Of a DNA stretch of 64,000 nt, positions 26,893 to 35,201 are shown in pieces; positions within the stretch are counted from its first letter, which is position 1, and each line of letters starts with the position of its first letter. The notes beneath the pieces are model-generated. The model saw nothing but the letters and a program-made list of their open reading frames with translations, had not been told where the DNA came from and did no database searches. This DNA is from a virus, in IMG/VR virus record IMGVR_UViG_3300046474_000370, positions 37,111 to 101,110 of that record; one strand, 5' to 3'. The position numbers and the translations under genes were made by a program.

Positions 26893-28515
26893 ATGAGCCA
26901 GCTAACCTTGCCCGACGATGTGCGCGCGGCGCTGCATGACGCGCCATTCGGGGCGATCTGTGACCTGTGGGAGCTGATCGAGCGCCGCTATGGCGACGCC
27001 GGCCGCGCCTGGCTGGGGCGGCACGACCGCTATTACCTGCTGACCCGGCTGCTGCACCGGCTCGATGCGGTGCATCCGTGGCTGTACGCGCGCTGCCGCG
27101 AGGTCGAGGAGGCCCCGGACGGCTACCTCGACCTGTGGGCGCGGGAGCACTACAAATCGACGGTGATCACGTTCGCCGGCATCATCCAGACGCTGTTGCG
27201 GGACCCCGAGACCACGGTCGGCATCTTTTCCCATACCAAGCCGGTGGCGCGCAAGTTCCTCTTGCAGATCAAGCAGGAGCTGGAGGCGAACCGCGAGCTG
27301 CAGGCGCTCTACCCGGAGGTGCTGTACGCCGACCCGCGCAACGAAGCGCCCAAGTGGAGCGAGGAAAAGGGCATCACGGTGCGGCGCCGCAGCAACCCCA
27401 AGGAAGCTTCGGTCGAGGCGCATGGGCTGGTCGACGGCCAGCCGACCGGCGCCCACTTCTTGTTGCGCGTGTATGACGACGTGGTGACGCGCGAGAGCGT
27501 GAGCACACCCGAGCAGGTGGCCAAGACCACCTCGGCATGGGAGCTGTCGGACAACCTGGGCGCGCGTGGCGAGGACGGCCAGGCGCGCAGCTGGCATGTG
27601 GGAACCCGCTACAGCTTCGCCGACACCTACCAGGCCATCATGGACCGGGGCGCGCTCAAGGTGCGGCTGTACCCAGCGACCGAGAACGGGATGCCGGACG
27701 GGACCCCGGTGCTGCTGTCGCCCGCGGCGTGGGCCGACCGCAAGCTCAAGCAGGGGCCGGCCACGATCGCCTGCCAGATGCTCCAGAACCCCGCCGCCGG
27801 CAACGAGGCGATGTTCAAGAAGGAGTGGCTGAGCTTCATCGACATCCGGCCCGCCACCCTGAACGTGTACATCATGGTGGACCCGGCGCACAGCCGCAAG
27901 AAGGGCTCGGACAACACGGCGATGGCGGTGGTCGGGGTGGACGCCGGCGGCAATCGCTACCTGCTGGACGGCTACCGCCACAAGATGGGCTTACGGGAAC
28001 GCTGGGAGGCCCTGCGCGGGCTGCGCAAGGTGTGGATGGCCCAGCCGGGCGTGCAGATGGTGCAAGTTGGCTACGAACGCTATGGGATGCAGGCCGATCT
28101 GGAGTATTTCGAGGAACAGATGCAGCGCGACAAGGAGTCCTTCGAGATCATCGAGCTGAACTGGACCTCGGATGGCGCCCAGGCCAAGGACGACCGCGTG
28201 CAGCGCCTGCAGCCCGATTTCATGAGCCACCGTTTCTATCTGGCCGCCGTGGTGCAGGGCGAGACCGCGAACCAGCGCCGCATCCGCGAGCAGGGCCAGC
28301 CGTTCCGCATCTTCAAGCCGGTCATGCGGCGTGACCACGAGGGCAACATGTATTCGCTGAACAAGGGGTTCTTGGAAGAATTCCTGACCTACCCGTTCAG
28401 CGCCAAGAAGGACCTGATCGACGCCGTGAGCCGGCTGTACGACATGGAGCCGGTGCCACCGATCCTGATCGACGAGCGGACGCTGGAGCCCGAGACCTAT
28501 GCGGACGGGGTGTGA
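26893..28515 (+). CDS. terL: Terminase large subunit
   Basis: Deviant Walker A REHYKST, Walker B YDDVV, GTRY, nuclease VDPA...SDNTAM, DLIDAVS. Confidence 0.92.
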   Translation: MSQLTLPDDVRAALHDAPFGAICDLWELIERRYGDAGRAWLGRHDRYYLLTRLLHRLDAVHPWLYARCREVEEAPDGYLDLWAREHYKSTVITFAGIIQTLLRDPETTVGIFSHTKPVARKFLLQIKQELEANRELQALYPEVLYADPRNEAPKWSEEKGITVRRRSNPKEASVEAHGLVDGQPTGAHFLLRVYDDVVTRESVSTPEQVAKTTSAWELSDNLGARGEDGQARSWHVGTRYSFADTYQAIMDRGALKVRLYPATENGMPDGTPVLLSPAAWADRKLKQGPATIACQMLQNPAAGNEAMFKKEWLSFIDIRPATLNVYIMVDPAHSRKKGSDNTAMAVVGVDAGGNRYLLDGYRHKMGLRERWEALRGLRKVWMAQPGVQMVQVGYERYGMQADLEYFEEQMQRDKESFEIIELNWTSDGAQAKDDRVQRLQPDFMSHRFYLAAVVQGETANQRRIREQGQPFRIFKPVMRRDHEGNMYSLNKGFLEEFLTYPFSAKKDLIDAVSRLYDMEPVPPILIDERTLEPETYADGV

Positions 28516-28516
28516 C

Positions 28517-28819
28517 ATGGGGTGGAAGCAGGTCGTCAACGCCAAGACGCGGGCCGCCTTCGGGCTCACGCTGTACCGCATGGAGCGCATCCGCGGCAAC
28601 CAGCAGTACGGGATCACGCTGGCGGTCCATCCGGCAGAACTGGCGCAGGGGCGCGGGCGGGTCGCCCGCAAGCTGCACCAGGCCCGCCACCAGCTGCGCA
28701 GGATGGGCGAGATCACCGCCGCGCGCCTGGCCCACTACCCAACAGACGACGAGGACGAACATGCCACGTTTCCCGGTGAGAACCAGCACTACCGAGGCGA
28801 GCCACATGGCCAAGATTGA
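28517..28819 (+). CDS. Phage hypothetical protein
   Basis: Directly follows terL. Confidence 0.6.
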   Translation: MGWKQVVNAKTRAAFGLTLYRMERIRGNQQYGITLAVHPAELAQGRGRVARKLHQARHQLRRMGEITAARLAHYPTDDEDEHATFPGENQHYRGEPHGQD

Positions 28820-28952
28820 CGCCAGCCACTACGACAACAACGACGACGGCACGTTCGCGCAGCAGTCCATCATCGTCGCCGGCGCCGTCGCGGCGCTGGT
28901 GGTGGGGTTGGTGGTGCTGGGGTTCTGGATCGTGGTCGCCAGCGTCGGTTGA
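28806..28952 (+). CDS. Small membrane protein
   Basis: C-terminal TM helix. Confidence 0.5.
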   Translation: MAKIDASHYDNNDDGTFAQQSIIVAGAVAALVVGLVVLGFWIVVASVG

Positions 28953-28966
28953 ACGAGGAGAAAGCG

Positions 28967-29194
28967 ATGAACAAGATGCGCATCCCGCCAGTGCCGGCCG
29001 CCACCGGCTACGACGCAGTGGCGCCGGTGGCCCCGGCACCACGCACCCGCCGCCCGCCGCCGCCGCAGCCGCGCGCCGACACGGGCGGCCCCGGCATGGT
29101 CAGCACCGGCCGTGGTGCAGTGGCGCACAAGCCGCACAACCCGGACAACCACCTGGGCGCGATGCCGACTGCCGCGCCGCGGGGCAAGAAATGA
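28967..29194 (+). CDS. Small Pro-rich hypothetical protein
   Basis: SD GAGGAG. Confidence 0.55.
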   Translation: MNKMRIPPVPAATGYDAVAPVAPAPRTRRPPPPQPRADTGGPGMVSTGRGAVAHKPHNPDNHLGAMPTAAPRGKK

Positions 29195-29373
29195 CGATGG
29201 ACCCGCGCACGATCCCAAGCTTCACGACCCGCCTGTGGTCGGAGGAAGTGGGGCGCGCCGAGGCCAACGAGCCGCCGATGCCCCAGCTGGCCTACCGTTT
29301 CTCGAACGGTCGCGCGTTCGCCGCCATCGCGTACGACCCGCCGGTGCCGCCGCCGGTCGAGGACACGCCGTGA
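29191..29373 (+). CDS. Small hypothetical protein
   Basis: Coupled; YRFSNGRAF. Confidence 0.6.
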   Translation: MTMDPRTIPSFTTRLWSEEVGRAEANEPPMPQLAYRFSNGRAFAAIAYDPPVPPPVEDTP

Positions 29374-29516
29374 TCGAGCTGGCGCGCGCCGAGTACGAGA
29401 CGCTGCCGGAGGATATCCAGGCGCTCTACACCTACACCCAATGGATGTGGCTGTCTGGCGAGGAAAAGGCCCGCGTGGTGCAGGCCGAGACGGAACCGGA
29501 GCAGTACGACGGTTAG
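29370..29516 (+). CDS. Small hypothetical protein
   Basis: GTG start coupled to the upstream stop. Confidence 0.6.
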   Translation: MIELARAEYETLPEDIQALYTYTQWMWLSGEEKARVVQAETEPEQYDG

Positions 29517-29526
29517 GAGGCGGGCG

Positions 29527-29599
29527 AAAAAAAGCCCGACGCTTGCACGCCGGGCAGGAGTAGTCCAAAAGCCCAGGGCAGGGCTGTTCTTTGCAGAAC
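29527..29599 (-). ncRNA. Candidate ~73-nt sRNA
   Basis: TTGCAT-17-GATACT promoter (29634-29606), GNRA hairpin, second hairpin, CUCCU seed, intrinsic terminator with T7. Confidence 0.6.
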
Positions 29600-29635
29600 A
29601 GGGCCAGTATCGCCCGATCCTTGGCAGGATGCAAT

Positions 29636-29860
29636 TCATTTCGTGTGCGGGTCCGATGGTGCCCGCTTCGGCCCGTGGAACGCCAGCCGGCAGTGCGGGC
29701 AGACGTAGATCACGAGGTTATGGAACGGCTCCGCCTCGACCGCGTCGGGATGGCCCCACTGGTAGTTGTTCTTGTCGGCCATGTCCATCGGGCTGTCAGC
29801 GGTGCAGTAGCGACGCGGCAGGGCGCTGGGGACGTACACAAGGAACGGGGCGGCGCTCAT
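29636..29860 (-). CDS. Small Zn-finger-like protein
   Basis: RYCT...WGHPDA...CPHC. Confidence 0.65.
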   Translation of the reverse strand: MSAAPFLVYVPSALPRRYCTADSPMDMADKNNYQWGHPDAVEAEPFHNLVIYVCPHCRLAFHGPKRAPSDPHTK

Positions 29861-30099
29861 GGCTGGCGGTCGCTGACGACGGTGATGTGCTTGCCCTTGT
29901 AGCTGGCCAGCTCGGGCAGGCGCGACCGAATCAGCAGGTCTTGGTACTCGCTGCGGGTCAGGAAGATCATGGTGCAGTCGGGATCGAGCGCGGCGACGGC
30001 GCGGTTGGCCGCCTCGACGCCATCGAGTTCGCGCCGGAATAGGTGGTCGAGCTGGCGGCGCGCCTCTTTCTCGTCCTTTTTCTGTCTGCGGCTGGTCAT
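29857..30099 (-). CDS. Hypothetical protein
   Basis: 4-bp overlaps with both neighbours. Confidence 0.6.
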   Translation of the reverse strand: MTSRRQKKDEKEARRQLDHLFRRELDGVEAANRAVAALDPDCTMIFLTRSEYQDLLIRSRLPELASYKGKHITVVSDRQP

Positions 30100-30455
30100 T
30101 TGGTGGTTCTCCCCGGTTCAATACAGTTGTCCATAATCCAGTGTACGCACAGCAGGTAGCCTTCCTCGCCGAATACCGCGCGCACCGCGCGGCGCCAGTT
30201 GGCCCGGTCCATGCGGTTGCGCACGAGCTTGAGTTCGTCGCCGATCCGCGTGAGCTGGGCCTGATGCGCCCCGATGCGCACGCCGGCCTCGTCGGCTTCG
30301 CGGGTATAGCACCCGTTGCGAAAGGCGTTCAGCGCCGCGATCTCGTCGATCAGCGCGTGGCGCCGCATCACCAGTTCGATTTCGGCCTCGCTATCGGGCA
30401 TACCGTGCAGGCGCTCCCAGAATAGCGCGTCGTCGGCGGCGGCGCGGTGGCTCAT
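30096..30455 (-). CDS. Hypothetical protein
   Basis: 4-bp overlaps with both neighbours. Confidence 0.65.
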   Translation of the reverse strand: MSHRAAADDALFWERLHGMPDSEAEIELVMRRHALIDEIAALNAFRNGCYTREADEAGVRIGAHQAQLTRIGDELKLVRNRMDRANWRRAVRAVFGEEGYLLCVHWIMDNCIEPGRTTK

Positions 30456-30643
30456 GGCGCCCCCTGCTGATCGCGCATGTGCGAGACGACCAGCGGAATG
30501 CGCCGGCGCATGGCGGCCCGGTAACGCAGCACGGCGCGGGCGCGGGCGCTACGGACCCACTTGAGCAGCGCGGGCTTGCCGCGCCGCACCGCCTTGCCTG
30601 CGGCGTGCCCGCAATAACGGCCCTCGCGCTGATTACGACTCAT
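30452..30643 (-). CDS. MSRNxREGxY-family micro-protein 4 (63 aa)
   Basis: Starts MSRNQREGRY. Confidence 0.65.
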   Translation of the reverse strand: MSRNQREGRYCGHAAGKAVRRGKPALLKWVRSARARAVLRYRAAMRRRIPLVVSHMRDQQGAP

Positions 30644-30854
30644 CCGGGCCCACCACGTATCGCCACCGGAGCGCCTTGGCGATGTAGCGCACGCGCGGGC
30701 GGCGCACCGGCAGCGGCTCGCCCGCGCGGCGTGATGCCTCGGCCCAGGCCACACAGTTATCAGGCTGGCCGATGGCGAACAGTGGCCGTGCGCTGCGCAG
30801 GTGGCGGCCCTGACAGGTGCCGATGTAGCGCCCTTCGCGCTGGTTGCGACTCAT
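30633..30854 (-). CDS. MSRNxREGxY-family micro-protein 3 (73 aa)
   Basis: Starts MSRNQREGRY. Confidence 0.65.
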   Translation of the reverse strand: MSRNQREGRYIGTCQGRHLRSARPLFAIGQPDNCVAWAEASRRAGEPLPVRRPRVRYIAKALRWRYVVGPDES

Positions 30855-31078
30855 GGCCCGCTCCCGTGGTCCTCGGGGTGGCAGTAGTCGCTTGGCGCCA
30901 CCTGTTCCTCGGGCAGCACCCACGACGGCGCGCCGCAGAACGCACAGCGAAACGGCGCCACCCCGGTATAGAGCAGCGCAACAGTCAGCGCGGCGACCTG
31001 CTGCTGGACCGCCGCGGGCTGGCACAGCGGCCAGCAGCAGCAGCGCGCGCCGTCCACGCCGCAGCCACACGCGCTCAT
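30851..31078 (-). CDS. Cys-rich small protein
   Basis: CGC, CCC, CAFC, YCH; coupled on both sides. Confidence 0.55.
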   Translation of the reverse strand: MSACGCGVDGARCCCWPLCQPAAVQQQVAALTVALLYTGVAPFRCAFCGAPSWVLPEEQVAPSDYCHPEDHGSGP

Positions 31079-31266
31079 GGTGCGCTCCCGATCAGCCGCA
31101 ACGACTGCCGCGCGGCGGCGCGCCGCAGCCGGTCGTACTCGCGCAATGTGAGGAACATGCCGTTGCCGTAGGGTTGGCGCCGATGGCGGCGCGGCGCGTC
31201 CGGGTTGGTGCCCCAACGGAACTGGCCCGCATACCAGCCCTCGCGTGCGTTGCGGCTCACGGTCAT
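31075..31266 (-). CDS. MSRNxREGxY-family micro-protein 2
   Basis: (MT)VSRNAREGWY. Confidence 0.6.
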   Translation of the reverse strand: MTVSRNAREGWYAGQFRWGTNPDAPRRHRRQPYGNGMFLTLREYDRLRRAAARQSLRLIGSAP

Positions 31267-31496
31267 CAGTACCCCATGTCCAATGCCTGCGCCTGATCGG
31301 CCAGCGCCTGCATGGCCGCCCGCACTGCCTTGCTCAGGTAGCGCGGGCGGCGCACCGGCAGCGGCTCGCCCGCGCGACGCGACGCCTCGGCCCAGGCCAC
31401 GCCGTAGTCGTACCGGATGCGCAGCCAGCGCGGGCCGCGCGTGTGCCTGCCCTGAAAGCGGCCGAGGTAGTAGCCCTCGCGCGCGTTACGGCTCAT
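31266..31496 (-). CDS. MSRNxREGxY-family micro-protein 1 (76 aa)
   Basis: Starts MSRNAREGYY. Confidence 0.65.
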   Translation of the reverse strand: MSRNAREGYYLGRFQGRHTRGPRWLRIRYDYGVAWAEASRRAGEPLPVRRPRYLSKAVRAAMQALADQAQALDMGY

Positions 31497-31723
31497 GGCC
31501 ACACCCGCACGAACGCAGCGCCGCGCACGTAGGTGCGGGCCGACGCGTCGTACACCGCGTTGCCGGGCGCCAGCGCCAGGTAGTTTTGGATGTCGCGCGA
31601 CGCCTGCGGCATCGACAGCCCGAAGTAATCGACAATCGCGCTGCGGTTGACGGTGCCGTAGTGGGCCAGCAGGAATTCGATGAATTGAAAGCGTACCAGC
31701 ACGTTTGGCTTGATGTCGTTCAT
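31493..31723 (-). CDS. Stand-alone CapW/BrxR-like winged-HTH protein
   Basis: RFQFIEFLLAHYGTVNRSAIVDYFGLSMPQASRDIQNYLALAPGNAVYDASARTY resembles the N-terminal wHTH of WYL repressors. Confidence 0.8.
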   Translation of the reverse strand: MNDIKPNVLVRFQFIEFLLAHYGTVNRSAIVDYFGLSMPQASRDIQNYLALAPGNAVYDASARTYVRGAAFVRVWP

Positions 31724-32175
31724 GGTGCCTCCAACAGGCCAACCATGCGTTCCAGCAGGGCCTCGATCTGGCCGAACGCGAACAGCTCGTCAGGACCGCT
31801 GCGGAACGCCTTGTCGCCGTCCAGGTACAGGCCATAGCCACGGTCTGGATGCACCTGCACGCACAGCGGCCCCACGTCGAGCCAGGTCGATTGCAGGTCG
31901 TGTTCGGCCGCGTCCACCAGCACCCGGTGCCCCAGCGTGCGCAGCGCGTGGATCAGGGGCTGGGCCTTGCCCAAGGTCGCGCTTTGGCTCATGCCGCCTC
32001 CAGTGGTCAGCGGCCAGTGGTACGCGCAGGCCGGACGCGCCGGGTCGCCGCCGTTCCAGAGGAAGGACGCGTACGCCTGCCAGGCCGGGTTCGGCACCGT
32101 GCCGCTGGCCGCGTGGCGATAGCAGCCCGTGCGCAGCGGGCAAGTGGTGCTGTTGCACATGGTGATGTCAGGCAC
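31720..32175 (-). CDS. Hypothetical protein (Cys-rich module fused to a second module)
   Basis: DITMC...CPLRTGCYR; internal GGAGG-ATG. Confidence 0.6.
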   Translation of the reverse strand: MPDITMCNSTTCPLRTGCYRHAASGTVPNPAWQAYASFLWNGGDPARPACAYHWPLTTGGGMSQSATLGKAQPLIHALRTLGHRVLVDAAEHDLQSTWLDVGPLCVQVHPDRGYGLYLDGDKAFRSGPDELFAFGQIEALLERMVGLLEAP

Positions 32176-32395
32176 GGCCCACCTCGGCCCGGTGCACGAT
32201 GTCGTCGCGGCCGCACCAGATCAGGATCGTGCCGCGCACGCTGTCGCTGTTGGGGCCGGTCGGTTGCCCGTCCAGTTCCAGAAAGCGGTAGGGCACGCCG
32301 TCGCCGATGATCGCGTTGACGTTGTCGTGATGCTGGCCCACCAGCGCGGCGGCGATGGCGGCAAGCTTGCTTTTCCTGGTTGGTCGGTTGCCCAT
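32168..32395 (-). CDS. Hypothetical protein
   Basis: Operon packing. Confidence 0.55.
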   Translation of the reverse strand: MGNRPTRKSKLAAIAAALVGQHHDNVNAIIGDGVPYRFLELDGQPTGPNSDSVRGTILIWCGRDDIVHRAEVGRA

Positions 32396-32412
32396 GTTGG
32401 TGGATCTTCTTT

Positions 32413-32631
32413 CTATGCTGGGGAGTCGTTGTGTGGCGCGACCTCGGTCCAGGCCGCCATGTGCAGCACCTTGCCCTGCGCATCCTTGCAGTACGAGTAC
32501 ATGCCGTCGATGTGGCCGAACCAGTAGACGGTGTCGGCGCCGGCCTCGACCGCGGGCGCGCCGGGCGGGATGTGCACGGTGTCGTCAAGCACCGTGAACA
32601 GGCTGTTGCGGGGGAGTTCGTAGAGTTTCAT
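32413..32631 (-). CDS. Phage hypothetical protein
   Basis: MKLYELPRNS...HIDGMYSYC. Confidence 0.7.
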   Translation of the reverse strand: MKLYELPRNSLFTVLDDTVHIPPGAPAVEAGADTVYWFGHIDGMYSYCKDAQGKVLHMAAWTEVAPHNDSPA

Positions 32632-33113
32632 GGGGCAGGGTTCCAGTCGTGGCACTTGGCGCAGTAGCGCTGTGCGATGTCGTTGTGGTTGTACGAAGTC
32701 AGGCCGCAGCGCGGGCAGGTGATCGACGGATAGCGATGCGTCACCGCGAGAAATGCCGGCGGCAGCACGACGTTCGCGGGGCTGTGCGCGAAGAACGGCG
32801 CGATCTGTTCCGGGCGATAGCCCGCCAGCCCGCAGCCGATCGGGGTGACGCGGAACACCAGCTCGGGGTGGGCCTGGGCGAAGTCGAGAAAGCGCAGCAC
32901 GTAGTAGTGGACCCACTCCAGCGGCAGAGTGCGCAGGCGCGCGTCCTTGGTCGGGATCGCGTAGCTGCGCCCCTGCAAGCCCTCGCCCTGGCCGTAGATC
33001 GCGCCGTGCCAGTGCTGGGCCGCGAGCGCGGCGCCCTTGCCGTGGCGGCCGGCCAGGTTGGACCCGAACACGAAGATGCGGTTGCTCAGGGGCGGGAACG
33101 GGACGTCGTTCAT
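32628..33113 (-). CDS. A1S_2505-like phage non-structural protein with C-terminal Zn finger
   Basis: IFVFGSNLAGRHGKGAA...GQGEGLQGRSYAIPTK...VTPIGCGLAGY; CPRC...CAKCH. Confidence 0.8.
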   Translation of the reverse strand: MNDVPFPPLSNRIFVFGSNLAGRHGKGAALAAQHWHGAIYGQGEGLQGRSYAIPTKDARLRTLPLEWVHYYVLRFLDFAQAHPELVFRVTPIGCGLAGYRPEQIAPFFAHSPANVVLPPAFLAVTHRYPSITCPRCGLTSYNHNDIAQRYCAKCHDWNPAP

Positions 33114-33289
33114 CGCCGGCGCTCCTTCACCTGGTGATACATTGTGTACACCTGCCCCCGGTACAGCCAGAGGCGGACGCAAATGCGCTTGGCGCGGTCG
33201 AAGTCGTAGCCGGCAGCGCAGAACGCACTGGCGCGCCCGTTCGGTGCGTTGGCGCGCCGCGCCAGCCATGGATTGGCGGGCACAATCAT
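33110..33289 (-). CDS. 59-aa hypothetical protein
   Basis: Hand-translated MIVPANPW...; 4-bp overlaps on both sides. Confidence 0.55.
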   Translation of the reverse strand: MIVPANPWLARRANAPNGRASAFCAAGYDFDRAKRICVRLWLYRGQVYTMYHQVKERRR

Positions 33290-33426
33290 GCATCCCGCCA
33301 GATCACCACCAGCCCGATCAGGACCAGCAGCACGCCGTGGCCGGTGTGCGGGGTGACCCCGACGACAAAGGCGCCGAAAGCGCAGACGGCGACGCTGGCG
33401 ATGGCACGGGCGGTGGGGGCGGTCAT
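33286..33426 (-). CDS. Small two-TM membrane protein
   Basis: Coupled, hydrophobic. Confidence 0.5.
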   Translation of the reverse strand: MTAPTARAIASVAVCAFGAFVVGVTPHTGHGVLLVLIGLVVIWRDA

Positions 33427-33671
33427 CGCTTGGCCACCTGCTCCAGCCAGTGCGCCGCCGCCAGCCAGGCGTCGAACAGGTGCCAGTCGGTCTCGAGCAC
33501 GGACTTCAGCCAGGCATCGAACGCCGGGCGGCTGGGGGCCAGCACGCCGGGCGTGGCGCCGCGCGCAGCCAACGACGCCGACCAGGTCATCCAGCCGGTC
33601 GTCACCGGACCGCTGCGCGGCTGTGCCAGCCAAGCCTCGAATAGTGCGCGTTCGCTGTTGTTGTTGGCCAT
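33423..33671 (-). CDS. Hypothetical protein
   Basis: Repeated F(E/D)AWL motif. Confidence 0.6.
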   Translation of the reverse strand: MANNNSERALFEAWLAQPRSGPVTTGWMTWSASLAARGATPGVLAPSRPAFDAWLKSVLETDWHLFDAWLAAAHWLEQVAKR

Positions 33672-33675
33672 AGTG

Positions 33676-33978
33676 TTACCAGCTCCCGTAGTCGGTCAGG
33701 TCGATGGTCGCCTCCAGCGGCGTGCCCTGGCAGAACGTGGCCCGCACCACGACGCCCAGCCCGGTCGGGGTGAACGCGTAGGTCAAGCCGCCGCCAATCG
33801 CGCCCAGGTACGGCTGGGCCTTGCCGTCGCGCACGGTGACGTGGGGGGCCAGTTCGGGGTCGCGCAACTGCGCCGCCGCCAGCGCCGTGGTGTGCTGGTC
33901 CAGCCAGGCGTCCAGCTTGACCGACTGGTCGTAGTCGAGGCCGAACATCACGGTCATCCGCCGCCGGATTTCGCTCAT
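33676..33978 (-). CDS. Phage hypothetical protein
   Basis: GAIGGGLTYAFTPTGLG...DLTDYGSW. Confidence 0.75.
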   Translation of the reverse strand: MSEIRRRMTVMFGLDYDQSVKLDAWLDQHTTALAAAQLRDPELAPHVTVRDGKAQPYLGAIGGGLTYAFTPTGLGVVVRATFCQGTPLEATIDLTDYGSW

Positions 33979-34562
33979 GGGGTCTCCTGCCGCGCACTGG
34001 CCGGAATGCCGGAATGGGCCACCAGGGCGTCGATGATGCGCGTAATGGCGTCGAACGCGGCTTCGGCTTCCGGGCCGGACGCGTAGTGCAGGTGGATCGT
34101 CGCGCCCAGCGCGCCCGGATCGGTGGCCAGCGTGCCGCTTTCGTAGCCGGTGGCGATGGCGGCACGCTGCGCGTCCGTCAGCAGCGGCGGTGCCAGCCAA
34201 GCGGCGATCACCTGGTCGAGCAGCTTGTCCTGATCAACCACCTGGCCTTGTCCGGCGGCCCAGCGGAACGCCGACAACAGATCATGCACGGACAGCAGGA
34301 AGCGCGTGTCCAGCGGATCGGGCGCTTCGTGCATCTGCGCGTAATGGTTGCCGATGAAGGCGATGGCCTCGGCCGCCGTCTGCGGATAGGTCATGCCCGC
34401 AGGGGGCCGCTTCACCAGCGACCATGTGCATCGGGTACAGCGGACTGCCGCGTCGTCCTCGACAACATCCGACTTGCAGCTCGGACAGAAGTCGCCACAG
34501 CGGCAAGGGCGCAGCTCGCCGCAGGCGCAAAAACCGTGGTGGCTGACGGCATGGGGATTCAC
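33975..34562 (-). CDS. Multi-module hypothetical protein with Zn ribbon
   Basis: CACG...CPSC...CTRC. Confidence 0.6.
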   Translation of the reverse strand: MNPHAVSHHGFCACGELRPCRCGDFCPSCKSDVVEDDAAVRCTRCTWSLVKRPPAGMTYPQTAAEAIAFIGNHYAQMHEAPDPLDTRFLLSVHDLLSAFRWAAGQGQVVDQDKLLDQVIAAWLAPPLLTDAQRAAIATGYESGTLATDPGALGATIHLHYASGPEAEAAFDAITRIIDALVAHSGIPASARQETP

Positions 34563-35200
34563 AGCAAGCCCTCCTTGCGCAGCGTGACCACCAAGTCCAC
34601 GGCGTAGATCGACGCCAGGTGCGCCACGTCGGGGTTGTCGAAATAGCGCGCCGCGATGGCGTCGGCGTGCAGCCCGATGGCGTCGATCAGCGCATCGGAG
34701 GCGCGCTTGGCCGCGCGCTGGCGGGCCACATCAGATGCACCGGCGCCGATCTCGCCCTCGAACAGTGGTGTGACGGCTTCTAGAGCCAGCATCCTTGTGC
34801 TCCACTCTTTCGAGTAGCCGGCGTGACTGGCCACGGCATCGAGCAGCTTTTGCGGATGGGCGCGCGCCGCCGCCTCGGCCACGGCCAGCAGCGCCTCGGT
34901 CGCCGACTCGCTAGGCAAATCGTCTTGCAGTGGATCGTGCGCGGGGTCCAGCGCGGGGGCCGTGCGCAAGTTGACCGGCACCGGCAGGCCGAGCCGGTAA
35001 TGGATCAGAAGGGCCTTGGCGCGGTCGATCATGGCGCTGGCCATCGCCACATTGTCGCGCTCCAGCACTTCCTGCGCGTCCGACAGCAGGCTCAGCACAA
35101 CCATGCCGGGACCGGCCAGGCGCGCGATGGGGTCGCGCTCGCAGTGGGCGATCAGGGCGGCCAGGGCGGGATCGGGGGGATATTCGGTGGGATCGGTCAT
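34559..35200 (-). CDS. Hypothetical protein
   Basis: Operon packing. Confidence 0.65.
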   Translation of the reverse strand: MTDPTEYPPDPALAALIAHCERDPIARLAGPGMVVLSLLSDAQEVLERDNVAMASAMIDRAKALLIHYRLGLPVPVNLRTAPALDPAHDPLQDDLPSESATEALLAVAEAAARAHPQKLLDAVASHAGYSKEWSTRMLALEAVTPLFEGEIGAGASDVARQRAAKRASDALIDAIGLHADAIAARYFDNPDVAHLASIYAVDLVVTLRKEGLL

Positions 35201-35201
35201 G

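Larger units (their letters stand above)
30693..31400. repeat. 60-bp direct repeat (30693-30752 and 31341-31400), 3 mismatches
   Basis: Both copies encode VAWAEASRRAGEPLPVRRPR on the minus strand; mismatches are synonymous. Confidence 0.9.

Noticed and set aside
29584-29601. CTGT...ACAG palindrome as a LexA box
   Set aside because: Spacer is 10 bp rather than 8; better explained as the GNRA hairpin of the candidate sRNA
30693-31400. 60-bp repeat as a diversity-generating retroelement TR/VR pair
   Set aside because: No reverse transcriptase in the window; mismatches are synonymous and not all at adenines of one copy
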